A model generated the notes under the pieces. The model did not search any database, had not been told where the DNA came from, and saw only the letters and a list, made by a program, of their open reading frames with translations. A stretch of 64,000 nt of DNA from Octopus sinensis (lineage: Eukaryota): NCBI RefSeq assembly GCF_006345805.1, contig NW_021832384.1, forward strand, positions 1-64,000, given 5' to 3'. The translations under genes were made by a program, and so were the position numbers. Below, piece after piece: positions 49,658 through 63,916 of this stretch (within the stretch, counting starts at the first letter, position 1; each line of letters opens with the position of its first letter).

Positions 49658-51607
49658 CATACATATAATACATACATATATATCATACATATATATAATA
49701 TATACATACAATACATACATACATATATATATATACATACATACACATATACATACATATATACATATACATAACATACATACATATATATATATACATA
49801 CATACATACATACATGTGTATATATATATACATACATACATACATATACATACATATATACATACATACATACATACATATACATACATATATACATCAT
49901 ATATATACATACATACATATACACATACATGTGTATATATATATACATATACATATACATACATACATGTGTATATATATATATACATACATACATACAC
50001 ATACATGTGTATATATATAATACATACATACATACATATACATACATACGTATATATATATAACATACATACATACATATAACATACATACATATATATA
50101 TATACATACATACATATACATACATACATGTGTATATATATATACATACATACATATACATACATACATGTGTATATATATATACATACATACATATACA
50201 TACATACATGTGTATATATATATATCATACATACATATACATACATACATGTGTATTATATATATACATACATACATACATGTGTATATATATATAATAC
50301 ATACATACATTGTATATATATATATACATACATACATACATATACATACGTGTATATATATATATACATACATACATGTGTATATATATATACATACATA
50401 ACATACATACATATACATACATGTGTATATATATACATATATACCATACATACATATACATACATACATACATATACATATACATACATGTGTATATATA
50501 TATATACATACATACATGTGTATATATATATCATACATACATACATATACATACATACATGTGTATAATATATACATACATACATATACATACATACATA
50601 CATACATACATACATACATGTGTATATATATATACATACATACATATATATACATACATACATATATCATACATACATGTGGTATATATATATACATACA
50701 TACATATATATATACATACATACACATACATATATATATATATACATACATACATACATATATATATTATATACATACACATACATACATGTGTATATAT
50801 ATATACATACATACATATATATACATACATATATACATACATACATACATACATATACATACATATATACATACATATATATACATACATACATATACAT
50901 ACATACATGTGTGTATATACATACATACATATACATACATACATGTGTATATATATATACATACATACATACACATACATGTGTATATATATATACATAC
51001 ATACATACATATACATACATACGTATATATATATACATACATACATACATATACATACATACGTATATATATATACATACGTACATATACATACATGTGT
51101 ATATATATATATACATACATACATATACATACATACATATACATACATACATGTGTATATATATATACATACATACATATACATACATACATATACATAC
51201 ATACATGTGTATATATATATACATACATACATATACATACATACATGTGTATATATATATATACATACATACATACATGTGTATATATATATATACATAC
51301 ATACATGTGTATATATATATACATACATACATACATATACATACGTGTATATATATATATACATACATACATGTGTATATATATATACATACATACATAC
51401 ATATACATACATACATGTGTATATATATATATACATACATACATATACATACATACATACATATACATACATACATACATGTGTATATATATATACATAC
51501 ATACATATACATACATACATACATATACATACATACATGTGTATATATATATACATACATACATATACATACATACATGTGTATATATATATATATACAT
51601 ACATACT
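48539..51607. repeat. ~3.1-kb compound (TACA)/(TA) microsatellite with emerging higher-order unit
   Basis: Irregular 5' part; 3' part periodically punctuated by catgtgtatatat. Confidence 0.97.
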
Positions 51608-51988
51608 TACACAGGCATAGCTCGGCTTCAGTCATTCTTGATTATATGACGGTTTTCAAAAATAATATATAAATCCTTAAAAATGTATTAGCCCGAAGGC
51701 CGCGGCCATATAAATCAAATTAAGCGATTTTACTCTATTTACGTCTGTCCACCCCAAATATCAAAATCGTAAAATCACTAGTAAACCGTTAGCAGCGCAT
51801 AAAATCATGTTACTGTACAATGAATAAGAATAAAAGCATATAAAATCATATTAAAATATGTACAGTAAATGTTAAGATACACACCATAAAGTAGTGTAGC
51901 TTAGGGAACAAAATCATGAAATCAGCTGTGTTGTCTTATATATTAGTTGTTTGGATCTCATATTGCACTGTAGTTCCAATATGTACCA

Positions 51989-52377
51989 CTAGCAGTATCG
52001 CCCGGCGTTGCTCGGGTTTGTAAGGGAAATAACTATATAAGCATTTTTAGAGAGTTATAGCTAAAAAATAGCAAAAAAATGCATTAAAAATGAAAAAAAA
52101 ATGATGGTAAATTTTTTAAAAATCGTTGACTCATCGTAGACATTTTTAGAGAGTTACTTCCCTTATATAATAGCGAAAAAATGCATTAAATTATGGTAAA
52201 TTTTTTTTTTTTTAATCGTAGACTCATCGTAGACGCACGCTAATACCCAGAAGGGCTCGATATGAATCACGACTATAAGATACCCGGTTTTGGTTAAACT
52301 GCACCGCAAAATGTGGGAGTAGTTAGGAATCTAAATCGTAGGAGACAGACACACAACCTTACTTTTATATATAAAGA
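51989..52377 (-). mobile_element. Complete non-autonomous Helitron (389 bp)
   Basis: Minus strand A|TCtttatatataaaag ... GC hairpin cccgagcaacgccggg (52016-52001) ... ctgCTAG|T; internal ~95-bp tandem duplication. Confidence 0.85.
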
Positions 52378-52520
52378 TTAGTTGTCGTTGACACTGGTGA
52401 CTCCCACGATTGTTTTGAATTCAGATTTGTTTATGTCTGTTTATCTGCTACTTTCTCATTCATTTGTGACTTTATTTTTCACCCCTATTTTTCCCTGAGA
52501 AAATTCACAGCGAAAGAGTT

Positions 52521-52838
52521 AAGCGTCATGCTATAATGCTGGAAGAAGATAAACTGTCTATGATAAAACGCCATGAAAAAAGGTGAAAAAGTGGTAGCAA
52601 TTGCACAATCTTTTGGGCTGAGTCAGACAACTGTATCGAGGATTGCATATAATATGGCCAAGATTTTAGCACATATCAAACCATGCATTATTGAAAATGC
52701 ATTCATAAATGAAGTACAGAACAGGGTATTGTTATTATTGGTTTAGGCTAGAGATGAGATAATTTGACTTATGGCGTTTTTTAACACACGTTGTGTCTCC
52801 TGGAACCAGTAAATGACCTAGGGAGAAGTATGCTTGTG
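52521..52838 (+). mobile_element. Tigger/pogo-like transposon remnant (N-terminal CENP-B-type HTH)
   Basis: KRHAIMLEEDKLSMIKRHEK / GEKVVAIAQSFGLSQTTVSRI (one frameshift) matches the pogo/Tigger psq-HTH pattern. Confidence 0.7.
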
Positions 52839-53335
52839 TACACATGTATATATACACATATATATACATACATATATACACATATATATGCACATATATA
52901 TACATACATATATACGCATACACATATACGCATACACATATACGCATACACATATATACATACATATATATGCATACACATATATGCATACATATATACG
53001 CATACACATATATGCATACACATATATGCATACACATATATGCATACACATATATGCATACACATATATGCTTACACATATATACATACATACGCATATA
53101 TATACACATACATATATACGCATATATATATATATATATACACACACAAATACACATATATACATACACACACATATATACATACATATGTATGTATGTA
53201 CATATATATATATATAAACACACATGTATATATATGCACACACACACACACACGTATATATATATATATACACACACATGTATATAGATACATACACACT
53301 CAAACATACATACATATATTATATATGCACGCGTA
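52839..53335. repeat. Compound (TA)/(CA)/(TGCA) microsatellite
   Basis: Direct inspection. Confidence 0.95.
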
Positions 53336-54833
53336 TGGAAATAAGGTATAAATCCAAATGATTAGTCATACTCAGATCAGGAAAGAAGATGGAAAAACCC
53401 ACTTTGATTCTTGTGAATTGTGCTGAGAATTACCTACTTGAATCTACTTAACCTCAAGGTAACGACCCAACCTCCTTCAAATCACTTCCTACCGTCCACG
53501 AGGGCAAAAGGATGCAATTTTCATAAAAGACAAAGAGCAGTTTTTCTCCATTTAACCAAACGGAAATCAATTAAAAAAAAAATTCAAATTTCAATTTTAT
53601 GTGTTTTACACCGCTCCCAGTTTCAATAGCGTTTTCCTCTTCCGTGACATAGGGTCATCTAAGCTGAAAGATGGGTTTACCAGACTAGGACTGACCTGAG
53701 GTAAATGTTAATGATAATAATAATAATCCCTTTTAGTATAGGGGCAAGGAATGAAGTTTTGGGGAAGAAAATGTGGTGGTGGGGAATAATTGATTGCATT
53801 GGCCCTAGTACTTAACTAGTATTTTATTTTACCGATTCCGAAAAGATGAAAGGCAAAGTTGACCTTGGCAGAATTTGAACTCTGAATGTTAAGAGGGACG
53901 AAAAGCCGCTAAGCATATAACAAGTTGTTCGACATGCTAGAAATATCAGCCAAATCATAACTGGAATGAAGTTCTGGAAAATACAGAAAGACGAGGTAAT
54001 CAGGGATGGCATGTCTCTGACCTCAGGTCAACACAATGAACATATTGATGATCAAACAAGATGGATTGGCCATAATTGGAATGTCTTTGATTATTAGTCT
54101 GTTAGATCCATGCTGGCCTGAAGTCAATAAACCATCAAGTGGTCAATATTCTATTGTCCCACTTCCGGAAAGGTAAACAGAGTTTGAACACAGAACTTCA
54201 AAAAAGACGCTCTCTCTCTTAAATCTGTCAATACATAGCCTCTGTACACTCAATGAGGCATGAGACCTGGGGTTTTATGAGAAAATACTTTGAACTGATT
54301 TAAGCGGTTGCCTCCACTCTGCCTTGATTTTTGAAACTCTTCCTTATTAGTGTTTATTTGTTGATATTTCTTTATTATTATTCTCAACTATTATTCCATC
54401 CCAACACCATTTTACTCCTGTAAAGCCTCTCCTTAGCTGTTTTGATACTTCATCACAGCACCTTTCCCCAGGTCTTACACCCTTGTAGTTGGCAAAATGA
54501 AAGACAAAGATGGTCCGATGTGTTCAAACTAGACCTTTCATCCTTTTGGAGAAAGATCAAATCAAAGTACCTGTCGTGTACTTAAGTCAATGCTAACAAC
54601 TAACCTCTCATCTCAAAACTGCTGGCCTTGTGCTGAAATTTGAAAAGTACGATTAGCAATCATTTTCCAGTGATGGGTTGACAGAATCGTTAGACCATCG
54701 GGATAAAATGGAGAGTTGCATTTACTGACAGCTCTCTACCCTCCGATTGCAAAACCCACCTTGGTTAAACTTGCTTCTCATCTTTCTGGGGTCAACAAAA
54801 CAAAGCCTCCGTCAAATGTTGAAATCAATATAT

Positions 54834-55059
54834 ATTTCTTTACTACCCACAGGGGCCTAAACACAGAGGGGACAAACAAGGACAGACAAAGGGATTAAGT
54901 CGATTCCATCGGCCCCAGTGCGTAACTGGTACTTAATTTGTCGACCCCGAAAGGATGAAAGGCAAAGTCAACCTCGGCGGAATTTGAACTCAGAACATAA
55001 CGGCAGACGAAATACGGCTACGCATTTCGCCCGGCGTGCTACCGTTTCTGCCAGCTCGC
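54834..55059 (-). mobile_element. Full-length family B SINE with ~21-bp TSD
   Basis: gtcaaatgt(t)gaaatcaatata on both sides. Confidence 0.9.
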
Positions 55060-56962
55060 TGTCAAATGTGAAATCAATATAATTGACCAACTCTTTACCC
55101 CAAATTTCTTTACCCTTGTGCTTATCTGACTGGTCAAATATTGGGATCAATTAAATCAGCTATAATCTTGTTTGAACACCCAAATTTTGAAACAGATCTT
55201 GTTAAATATATTTCTAACAACTTTTTCAAAACATCGATCTGTGGGGCTCATGAAGTGTTTTAAAATGGTTGTGGATCTTTTCTGATAGGCTGCACTTGTA
55301 GAAATTTTAAAATTTGCAGTATGGATGAAGTTTTCGTTTCATTTAATTGACGACACCCTTCTCTTACTAACTGTGGTATTGATGTGTGTGCGTGAGATTT
55401 TCATTCCTCCACAGCTGATTAAAGTAACATTAGTAGTTAAGTACTGGGGTAATTTCTGGCCCCTGGGTGTATATTAGATATTACAACAACAACAACAACT
55501 ATTACTACTACTACTACTCAAGGTATATAATTTAGATACGGTATTGGGTTACGTTACATTGAGTCCAAATTAAGTTGTGTTTGGCTTTGTTTTTCATCCA
55601 CTTCCTAGCAAAATATATACAGAAATTAGACACGTCCCACTGTGTGTCTTCTACTATAGCATCGGGCTGACCAAAGCCTTGTGACAGGATTTAGTAGATG
55701 GAAACTGAAAGAAGCCCGTCAAATGTATATATTCTTTTACTTGTTTCAGTCATTTAACTGCGGTCATGTTGGCGCACTGCCTTTAGTTGAACAATTTGAC
55801 CTTAGGGACTTATTCTTTGTAATACTTATTCTACTGGTCTCTTTGCCGAACCGCTAAGTTGTGTGTGTATGTGTGTATATGTATATATATACACACATTT
55901 TTCTTTTAAACATTTACTACTGAAAAACATTTTCCTTTTAGTCCTTCATGCTTTGTTCAGGGCAACAAAAGTCCCCTTGCCAACAAGTGTTGATCCTCGT
56001 GTAAAAACTTGCCAAAAAATTTTCCCTATGAAATTGGGGGGAGGGGGTGAAATTCCAGAGGGTTCCACCCCACTCCCAGTTTTCCGGACAAAAAAAAAAA
56101 AAAAAAAGTTTTCTCGCATATTAGGAGCTGACCGTAATTCATGTAACGAAAAAAAAAATCCCCCCCCCCCACAAATCCGGTAAGGTGGTAAAGATTTACA
56201 GCAACAAATTCAAAAGCCCTAGATCCATCGACATATTTGGATCGTCTTAGGCTGTCTGTCTTTTACTGGATTAAATAAATTTTAATTATCGTTTGAGGTA
56301 CGCAGTGCGTGTTCAAAAATTAAAATAGCTATTATTGATTTTTAACACTGGCAACAACAGGCTTCAGAATAAGTAATTAAATCGACCTTAGGTCGGTAGT
56401 TAATTCGTTTTAATGATCCAATAAGTTCAGAGTGAATTCAGAACAGCAAGGCGCTTTTGTTCGACGCCCTTTACTTATCTGCTAATCCACTGACTTAATG
56501 GTCGCTACTCCGGAACACTACAGGAAGCGAAAATATTTGTCCAATTAAATCGGAGATATGAAGCTATGCGAGTGTTTTAGTGCATTTCCATACAATTTTA
56601 GTATTGAAGACACTTTTGGTTAAACGGTAACCCACTTTTCTATTGAGGATAAGCAATCATAAAATCATAATACGAATCCCTTTGAAATAAAAGCGAAGGA
56701 GCCAACCACCACATTCACTTTACGTTGTCACGAAAACATGCTAAAAACAGCAGCCGAAACACAGTCAAATCACCCCCTACAACATTTACACACACAGTTT
56801 AATCAAAAGATATTCCAAACATTAAAAAATTTTCTATACCCCATTCTATATACCCCTTCATCTGCTATTTCCGTATCATTTTCCTTCACCAACCGGTATT
56901 TGGGCTTCAGGGATAAGCTATTCCAAAACTGCTCCCTCCCAGTCTCTCAAATGTTGTGTGTG

Positions 56963-57025
<63 letters not shown>

Positions 57026-57233
57026 GTGTGTGTGTGTTTATGTTATAATAAACAATTTTGCATTAAACTGTACCTGATTTCTCATTACTTAGGGTAGAAT
57101 TACAAATTAATTCTTTAAGGACTTCATCGGACTCAATAATAATAATAATAAAAAGGGTAAAATTAATCAATTAATAATTTTACCAAGTAGTTCGGTACGT
57201 TAAAATAACCTTTTTAGGTAAAATTATACAAAT

Positions 57234-57399
57234 ATTCTATAATTATAAACATAATTATAATCAAGGGTCAGTTATTTGCTGTTACTGTCTGGGAGATCTC
57301 TATGATAGCAGAATAGGCATTTTAACTCCTATTTCTAAATTCGGTGCGTGGTGAAGCAATTAGTTGACCCCTGATTATAATTGTTTATAATTATAGAAT
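57234..57399. repeat. Imperfect ~46-bp inverted repeat (MITE-like)
   Basis: attctataattataaacataattataatcaagggtcagttatttgct / agcaattagttgacccctgattataattgtttataattatagaat. Confidence 0.75.
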
Positions 57400-57421
57400 G
57401 TGTGTGTGTGTATAGACACAT

Positions 57422-57468
<47 letters not shown>

Positions 57469-57759
57469 TACGTGTATAAAGAATGAAATACAAAGCGGAT
57501 AATGTAGGCTTAAGATATACGAAATCTGAGGATTTAGGGGGTGGGGAGTCTAAGAGATGGTCATAACTGGAATATCTTTTATCGTAGGTCTGCTTGGTTA
57601 GGGTCGACAGTGAACGCAAGAAGATTAACAAATAAAACAAACATACAAATACAAATAAATTTTGTCTTTACATTTCATCAACATATATCTTGTCGTACTA
57701 ACGATTATAGATTAAACATATTACACACACACATTATATATATATATACATATATACTA

Positions 57760-58300
57760 TCCGACGTGAAACTCCGAGTAACAGCTTTTCTTATATTTCT
57801 GCTGCTTTTAAATCAAGTATAAATATATATATATATAAAACAGAATATTCATACGAGGCAATGGGACAATAAAAAATAAGTAAGGAAAGTGAAGCGAAAA
57901 CTTGCCTGGCTTTTTCACACGGAAGAAAGCAACGGCTGTATTTTTACACATCTGCATTCGGCTTACTACGTCGTTGCCAATTGAACGAGAGAGAGTCACA
58001 CAATATATGAATGAATATCTAGCTAAACAAGCACACAGGCCGTACGGAGACGAAAACCTGAATGAGTGGGATAGAAATCAAACAAGCTTGAATGAAACAT
58101 CAGCAGTTGCGTGCGCAGCAGCAAAAACCTATGAGAGAGGGGGAATGACACACACACACACATATATGGGTAGTAGGAAGAGTAGGACTGAACGAACAAG
58201 CACAGACAAATAGTTTTATCGCCGCCCACACACAAAACAAAGACCGGCTCTTAACCCGGTTGCTTGACGTGCTAGAAACAGCAGTCGAATCTTCATCGAA
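57760..58300. promoter_or_regulatory. Candidate promoter/enhancer: non-repeat, CpG-retaining segment
   Basis: Many CpGs relative to flanks; tgcgtgcgca (NRF1-like, 58108-58117), gccgccc (58221-58227), gaaagtgaagcgaaa (IRF-like, 57885-57899). Motifs are short, so support is weak. Confidence 0.3.
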
Positions 58301-58421
58301 TGGTGTATTGAGGAAAAGTAATTTTCTTTTTTTTTTATGTTTGAGTCAGGAGGAATGACAGTGCCTGTGACCCTTAAAAGGTATCTAAAATTGATGGGAC
58401 AGAGGTATAATTTATAAACTA

Positions 58422-61400
58422 TGGTAAGACGCTTGCTTCCCAACTACATGGTTTCGGGTTCAGTCCCATTGCGTAGTACCTAGAGTTTTCAACCACAGTC
58501 CCGGGTCGACCAAAGCCTTATGGGTGGATTTAGAAGACGGAAATTGAAAGAATCCTGCAGTGTGTGTGTGTGCGTGCGTGTCCCATACCACTGCTTGAGA
58601 ACCGGTGTTGGTTTGTTTATGCCGGCAAAAGAGCCCACCGGAACAAATAACGGGCTTAAAAACAGGTACTGGGGTCGATTTATGTCCGACGAAACTCTTT
58701 AAAGCGGTGTCACAGCTTGGCCGCAGTCCAATGACCGAAACAGCTGAAAGACAATAGCGCCAGGTGGTGCTGTTAAACCGAGCGACGGATGAAGTCAACC
58801 GTCAAAGCTGGACCATGGTAGGATTTGAACTTAGGATGAAAAGAACCGCAATATATCAAGTATATTTCCGACCACCCATTGCGGTGGACTGATCTGTTAT
58901 CTTTTACTGGTCTCAGTCATTAGTTTGCGGCCAAGCTGGGGCACCTCCTTAGAGAATTTTTTGTCGAATGGATCGACCCCACCAGTTATATTTTTTATTA
59001 AAGTCTGGTACTTATCCCATCGGTTTCTTTCACCGAACCGCTATGTTATAGGGACGTAAACACACCAACACCGGTTGTCAAGTAGTGTGTGTGTGAAAAC
59101 ACAGACGCGCGCACACACGCGTATACGTCGAGCTTCTTTCACTTACCGTCTACCAAATCTACTTACAAGGCTTTTTTGGTCGACTCGAGGCTATAGTCGA
59201 AGGTACCAAACAGTGGGGCTGATACTTATCCTTTGTTTTTTTGGCCCCTGAAAGGACGAAAGACGAAAAATTGGTACCCCGGTGAGATTTGAACTTAGAA
59301 TACAGTGAAGAGAATCGGGACATGTATCACGAAGCTTGATTCAATGGCTTGAGTAAGTACTAAACACACTGGGTAATGTAGTCCTACACACAAAGACGCG
59401 ATTACAAAAGATACAGTCTTGAACAATATGAGATGTCACAACCAGAACGCCTTTAACACTATGCCTGCTCAGAGACGACTTTCAATAACAGCTGGCTTGA
59501 AATAGCTACCGAATTTCCCTCAAAAGACACCAAAGCATCTTAAAAAGGGAAATTAGAGAGTTTGGAACATAGGTTTGAAAATTAAAAATTTCTATATTAA
59601 ATGCCCAAAGTTATTACTCTTTTATTTGTTTCAGTCATTTGACTGCGGCCATGCTGGAGCACCGCTTTTAGACGACCCCGGGACTTATTCTTTGTAAGCC
59701 TAGTACTTATTCTATCGGTCTCTTTTGCCGAACCGCTAATTGACGGGGACAAAAACACACCAGCATCGGTTGTCAAGCGATGTTGGGGGGATAATCACAG
59801 ACACATAAACACACACGAGGGGCTTCTTTCAGTTTCAGTCTACCAAATCCACTCACAAGGCTTTGATCGGCCCGAGGCTATAGAAGAAGACACTTGCCCA
59901 AGATGCCACGCAGTGGGACTGAACCGGGAACCATGTGGTTGGTAAGCAAGCTACTTACCACACAGCCACTCCTGCACCTGTATTTAATTTGCAAAATACT
60001 ATTACTATATATGGTGGGGTCACAACTGAAAATACACTACACTTGAAATTACACCAGGATGGTCACAGATGGAACGTCTTTAAACTTAGGACTGCTCAGT
60101 CGGGGCTGACATGGTGCTGAACACTCTGCTAGAAACAGCAGCCAAGCTTCCCCCAGACAGTACCTGAATGCTTTAAAGAAGACACATTGACTAGTATTGT
60201 ATAAAGTACTATTCTATACTTGAAATGAAGGTGAGATGGTCATGGCAAGAACCGCTTTCAGCGAGAGTTTGCCTGATGAGGGTTGGTATGCGACTAAACA
60301 ACAAAACAAGCAAATTTAAGAAGCATTAACATGGAGTGGCTGTGTGGTAAGTAGCTTGCTAACCAACCACATGGTTGCGGGTTCAGTCACACTGCGTGGC
60401 ATCTTGGGCAAGTGTCTTCTGCTATAGCCCCGGGCCGACCAATGCCTTGTGAGTGGATTTGGTAGACGGAAACTGAAAGAAGCCTGTCGTATATATGTAT
60501 ATATATATATATATATGTGGGTGTGTGTGTGTGTTTGTCCCCCTAGCATTGCTTGACAACCGATGCTGGTGTGTTTACGTCCCCGTCACTTAGCGGTTCG
60601 GCAAAAGAGACCGATAGAATAAGTACTGGGCTTACAAAGAATAAGTCCCGGGGTCGATTTGATCGACTAAAGGCGTTGCTCCAGCATGGCCGCAGTCAAA
60701 TGACTGAAACAAGTAAAAGAGAATTAAACACAATGTAAGGATATCTAACAAACGATCATAGCTAAATCATCCGGTCTTTTGCTTCTTGTTTTATATATAA
60801 ATAAATATTTTAAATATTTGTTTTTATCTTTCCATCAATCTAGCAATCACACCTACATATCAAGGTATATATATCAACCGAATATATGTCTACGTATCTA
60901 TCTATACAGCCATGTAACGTACCTGCCAATTATATACATATCTATACGTCTTTCTAGACATTTGTGTACATCTCTTAACTACGAGGGAATTGTACATATC
61001 TTCTTGTAACAGATCACCATGTACGTACATGCACAGGCAGGTACATATGAAAAGAGGGAGAGAGAGTGTCACGCACAGACGTATCAATTTATATCTATAC
61101 AGTTTTTATAATCTCACCGTGTGTGTGTGTGTGTGTGTGTGTGTGCGTATACTCTTTTACTATTTTACTTGTTTCAGTCATTTGACTGTGGCCATGCTGG
61201 AGCACCGCCTTCAGTCGATCAAGCAAATCGATCCCAGGACTCATTCGTTGTAAGCCTAGTACTTATTCTATCGGTCTGTTATGCCGAACCGCTAGGTTAC
61301 GGGGACGTAAACACACCACTATTGGATGTCAAGCGATGTTGGGGGGGGGGGGCAAACACAGACACACAAACATACACACACACACATATATATATATATA

Positions 61401-61516
61401 CATATATACGATGGGCTTCTTTCAGTTTCCGTCTACCAAATCCACTCACAAGGCTTTGGTCGGCCCAAGGCTATAATAAAAGACACTTGCCCAAGGTGCC
61501 ACACAGCCACTCCTAC
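58422..61516. mobile_element. Five family A SINEs in mixed orientation
   Basis: 58422-58745 (+), ~58900-59240 (-), 59617-59979 (-), 60333-60721 (+), 61163-61516 (-). Confidence 0.85.
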
Positions 61517-62236
61517 ACCAGGAGTATGTGTATAAATGTATACACACACATCCATGTTCCTACTTATAGGTCAGTTTGCCTATCTATCTAACCAATATAG
61601 TTATTTAATCATAAATATATATTCTATGTTTACGTAGTCTTATATACTTGAATGTGTGTATGTATGTCTAACGAATTTGTCTATCCACTCAACCTTGTAT
61701 ATACCCAGCAATCTACACATACGTACACAGCATCTTTATCAACAACTCGTTTTAATGTCCACATATCTTTATCTACCTCTATCTCTGATGCAAACATATG
61801 CATGTATGTGTATGTACACACACACACACACACATTATATGATTGTACTTTATAATCTCTGACGTGGCCTAGAGATATATATAAGTAACTCATTTTCAAC
61901 TGCCTTTTACCTCAATACACTTGACTAATATAGGCAGAATGAGATGCTTTTATCTATGGGCTGAAACAGCTGTAAGTTATTTTACTAATTTATATTCATG
62001 TTTTTTAATAATTACTTGTATTCTTATTTTATAAGCATAGAATAATATGGTATGTGTATGTTATTATAATTATCATTTTAATAAATAAATAAGTTAACAT
62101 TTTAATGTCCTAAAGTTGATGAACCAACTATTGTGCGTCTCCATTTTCTTATTAAAATACACACACACACACACAAAGAAGATCCATCAAGCCAAGTGAA
62201 ATTGTAGTCGTGGCAGATAAATGGTATCATGCAACT

Positions 62237-62411
62237 GGCATGTAAAAGTACCCATTACACTCTTGGAGTGGTTGGCATTAGGAAGGGCATCTAGCCATAG
62301 AAACCATGCCAAATCAAACTGGAGCCTGGAGCAGCCCCTCAGCTTACCAGCCCTGGTCAAACTATCCAACACATGCTATCATGGACAACAGATGCTAAAT
62401 GATGATGATGA
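62237..62411 (+). mobile_element. Family D retroposon 3' part
   Basis: gagtggttggcattaggaagggcatc...gatgctaaat(gat)n. Confidence 0.75.
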
Positions 62412-62662
62412 TAATGGTGGGGGAACAAAAATGGAATTCATAGGGAAACCAAAAATACACACACAGATGCAGATAAGCTCAACTCTTCGTCAGGTGTCAG
62501 TGAAATATCATCACAGTTTCGACACTTTCAACCAATATTGTTCAATTTGGTAGTGTAATGTAATGTTATGTATCGGCACTGGTATGTGGTTTTGGATTAA
62601 GTCTAACTGTGTGGACCTTTGGTGTCTGCTACTTATAATGTCATGTGAAGGAATTTGGTGGA

Positions 62663-62885
62663 TGCAGAAACGTTAGCACGCCGGATGAAATGCTTAGTGG
62701 TATTTTGTCTGCTGTTATGTTCTGAGTTCAAATTCCGCCGAGGTCAACTTTGCCTTTCATCCTCTCGGGGACGATAAATTAAGTACCAGTTACGCACTGG
62801 GGTCGATATAATCGACTTAATCCATTTGTCTGTCCTTGTTTGTCCTCTCTGTGTTTAGCCCCTTGTGGGTAGTAAAGAAATAGGT
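62663..62885 (+). mobile_element. Family B SINE
   Basis: Consensus match through gtgtttagccccttgtgggtagtaaagaaatagg. Confidence 0.88.
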
Positions 62886-63477
62886 AACTTCAAGAAACCC
62901 TTTGCATGCCTATGTATGTGTGCACTCACATATTCACGTGAAGGTTTAGCCACATTTGTATAGTCTATGCCATCAGTACTTGACCATAACAGTACAAACA
63001 CTGACATTCCTTGTTGACATTATAACTGATAATTCTGCACTTTATACACTCCTAGAATAAAGGATATCCCATCCTTCACTTATAAAACAGATAAGGGTTG
63101 GTTGCAGGAAGAGCATGTGGTTGTAAAATTCAAGCTCAAATAAAGCTCTTGGGACATTAAATTATCTATGGACCTTTTGTTTACTGCTTTATTCTGGTGC
63201 CCTACCTTCATAGTAATTCAATGTTTAACAGAAATTTTATAGATACTTCTTTTAAAATTCCTATTTTGGTATTCATACATTCACTTGTGTAGGTTGAACC
63301 ATGTAAAATGTGAGAGAAAGAAACTTAGCTGTTTCTAGTAAATATATACTTTTCATAGACCCTTAGAATATTACTGTTTGCCAGGGTGGGTCTCAGTTGA
63401 AAATCACTGGTCTAGCCTATGCGAGCATGGATGTTAAATGATGATATATTTATTATATGCATACACACACACATGAA

Positions 63478-63810
63478 GGTGCATGACTCAGTGGTTAGAG
63501 CGTCAAGCTTACAATCGTGGGGTTGTGAATTTGATTCCTGGACCAGGCTGCGTGTTGTACTCTTGAGCAAGATACTTTATTTCACGTTGCTCCAGTTAAC
63601 TCAGCTGTAGAAATGATTTGCGACATCAATGGTGCCAAGCTGTAATGGCCTTTGCCTTTCCCTTGGATAACATCAGTGGTGTAGAAAGGGAAGGCTGGTA
63701 TGCAAGGGCGACTGCTGGCCTTCCATAAAAAACAACCTTGCCCAGACTTGTGCCTGGGAGGGTAACTTTCTAGGTTCAATCCCATGGTCATTCATGACTG
63801 AAGGGGGGAG
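63478..63810 (+). mobile_element. Old tRNA-headed CORE-type SINE
   Basis: Head ggtgcatgactcagtggttagagcg...gattcctgg, then ttgagcaagatact...ttgctccagttaactcagctg. Confidence 0.65.
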
Positions 63811-63862
63811 GGTCTCCTCACACACACAAAAAGATATAAATATACACACGTGTATAGATATA

Positions 63863-63916
<54 letters not shown>

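Noticed and set aside
48403-51672. Long Y/I/M/H/T/V/C-rich ORFs (up to 436 aa); similar ORFs at 2243-2922, 43045-44461 and 52735-53351
   Set aside because: Artefacts of (TA)/(CA)/(TACA) microsatellites that lack stops in some frames; no protein features
60273-60299. ctgatga...aaac hammerhead look-alike
   Set aside because: Lacks G12 of GAAA and a proper stem II
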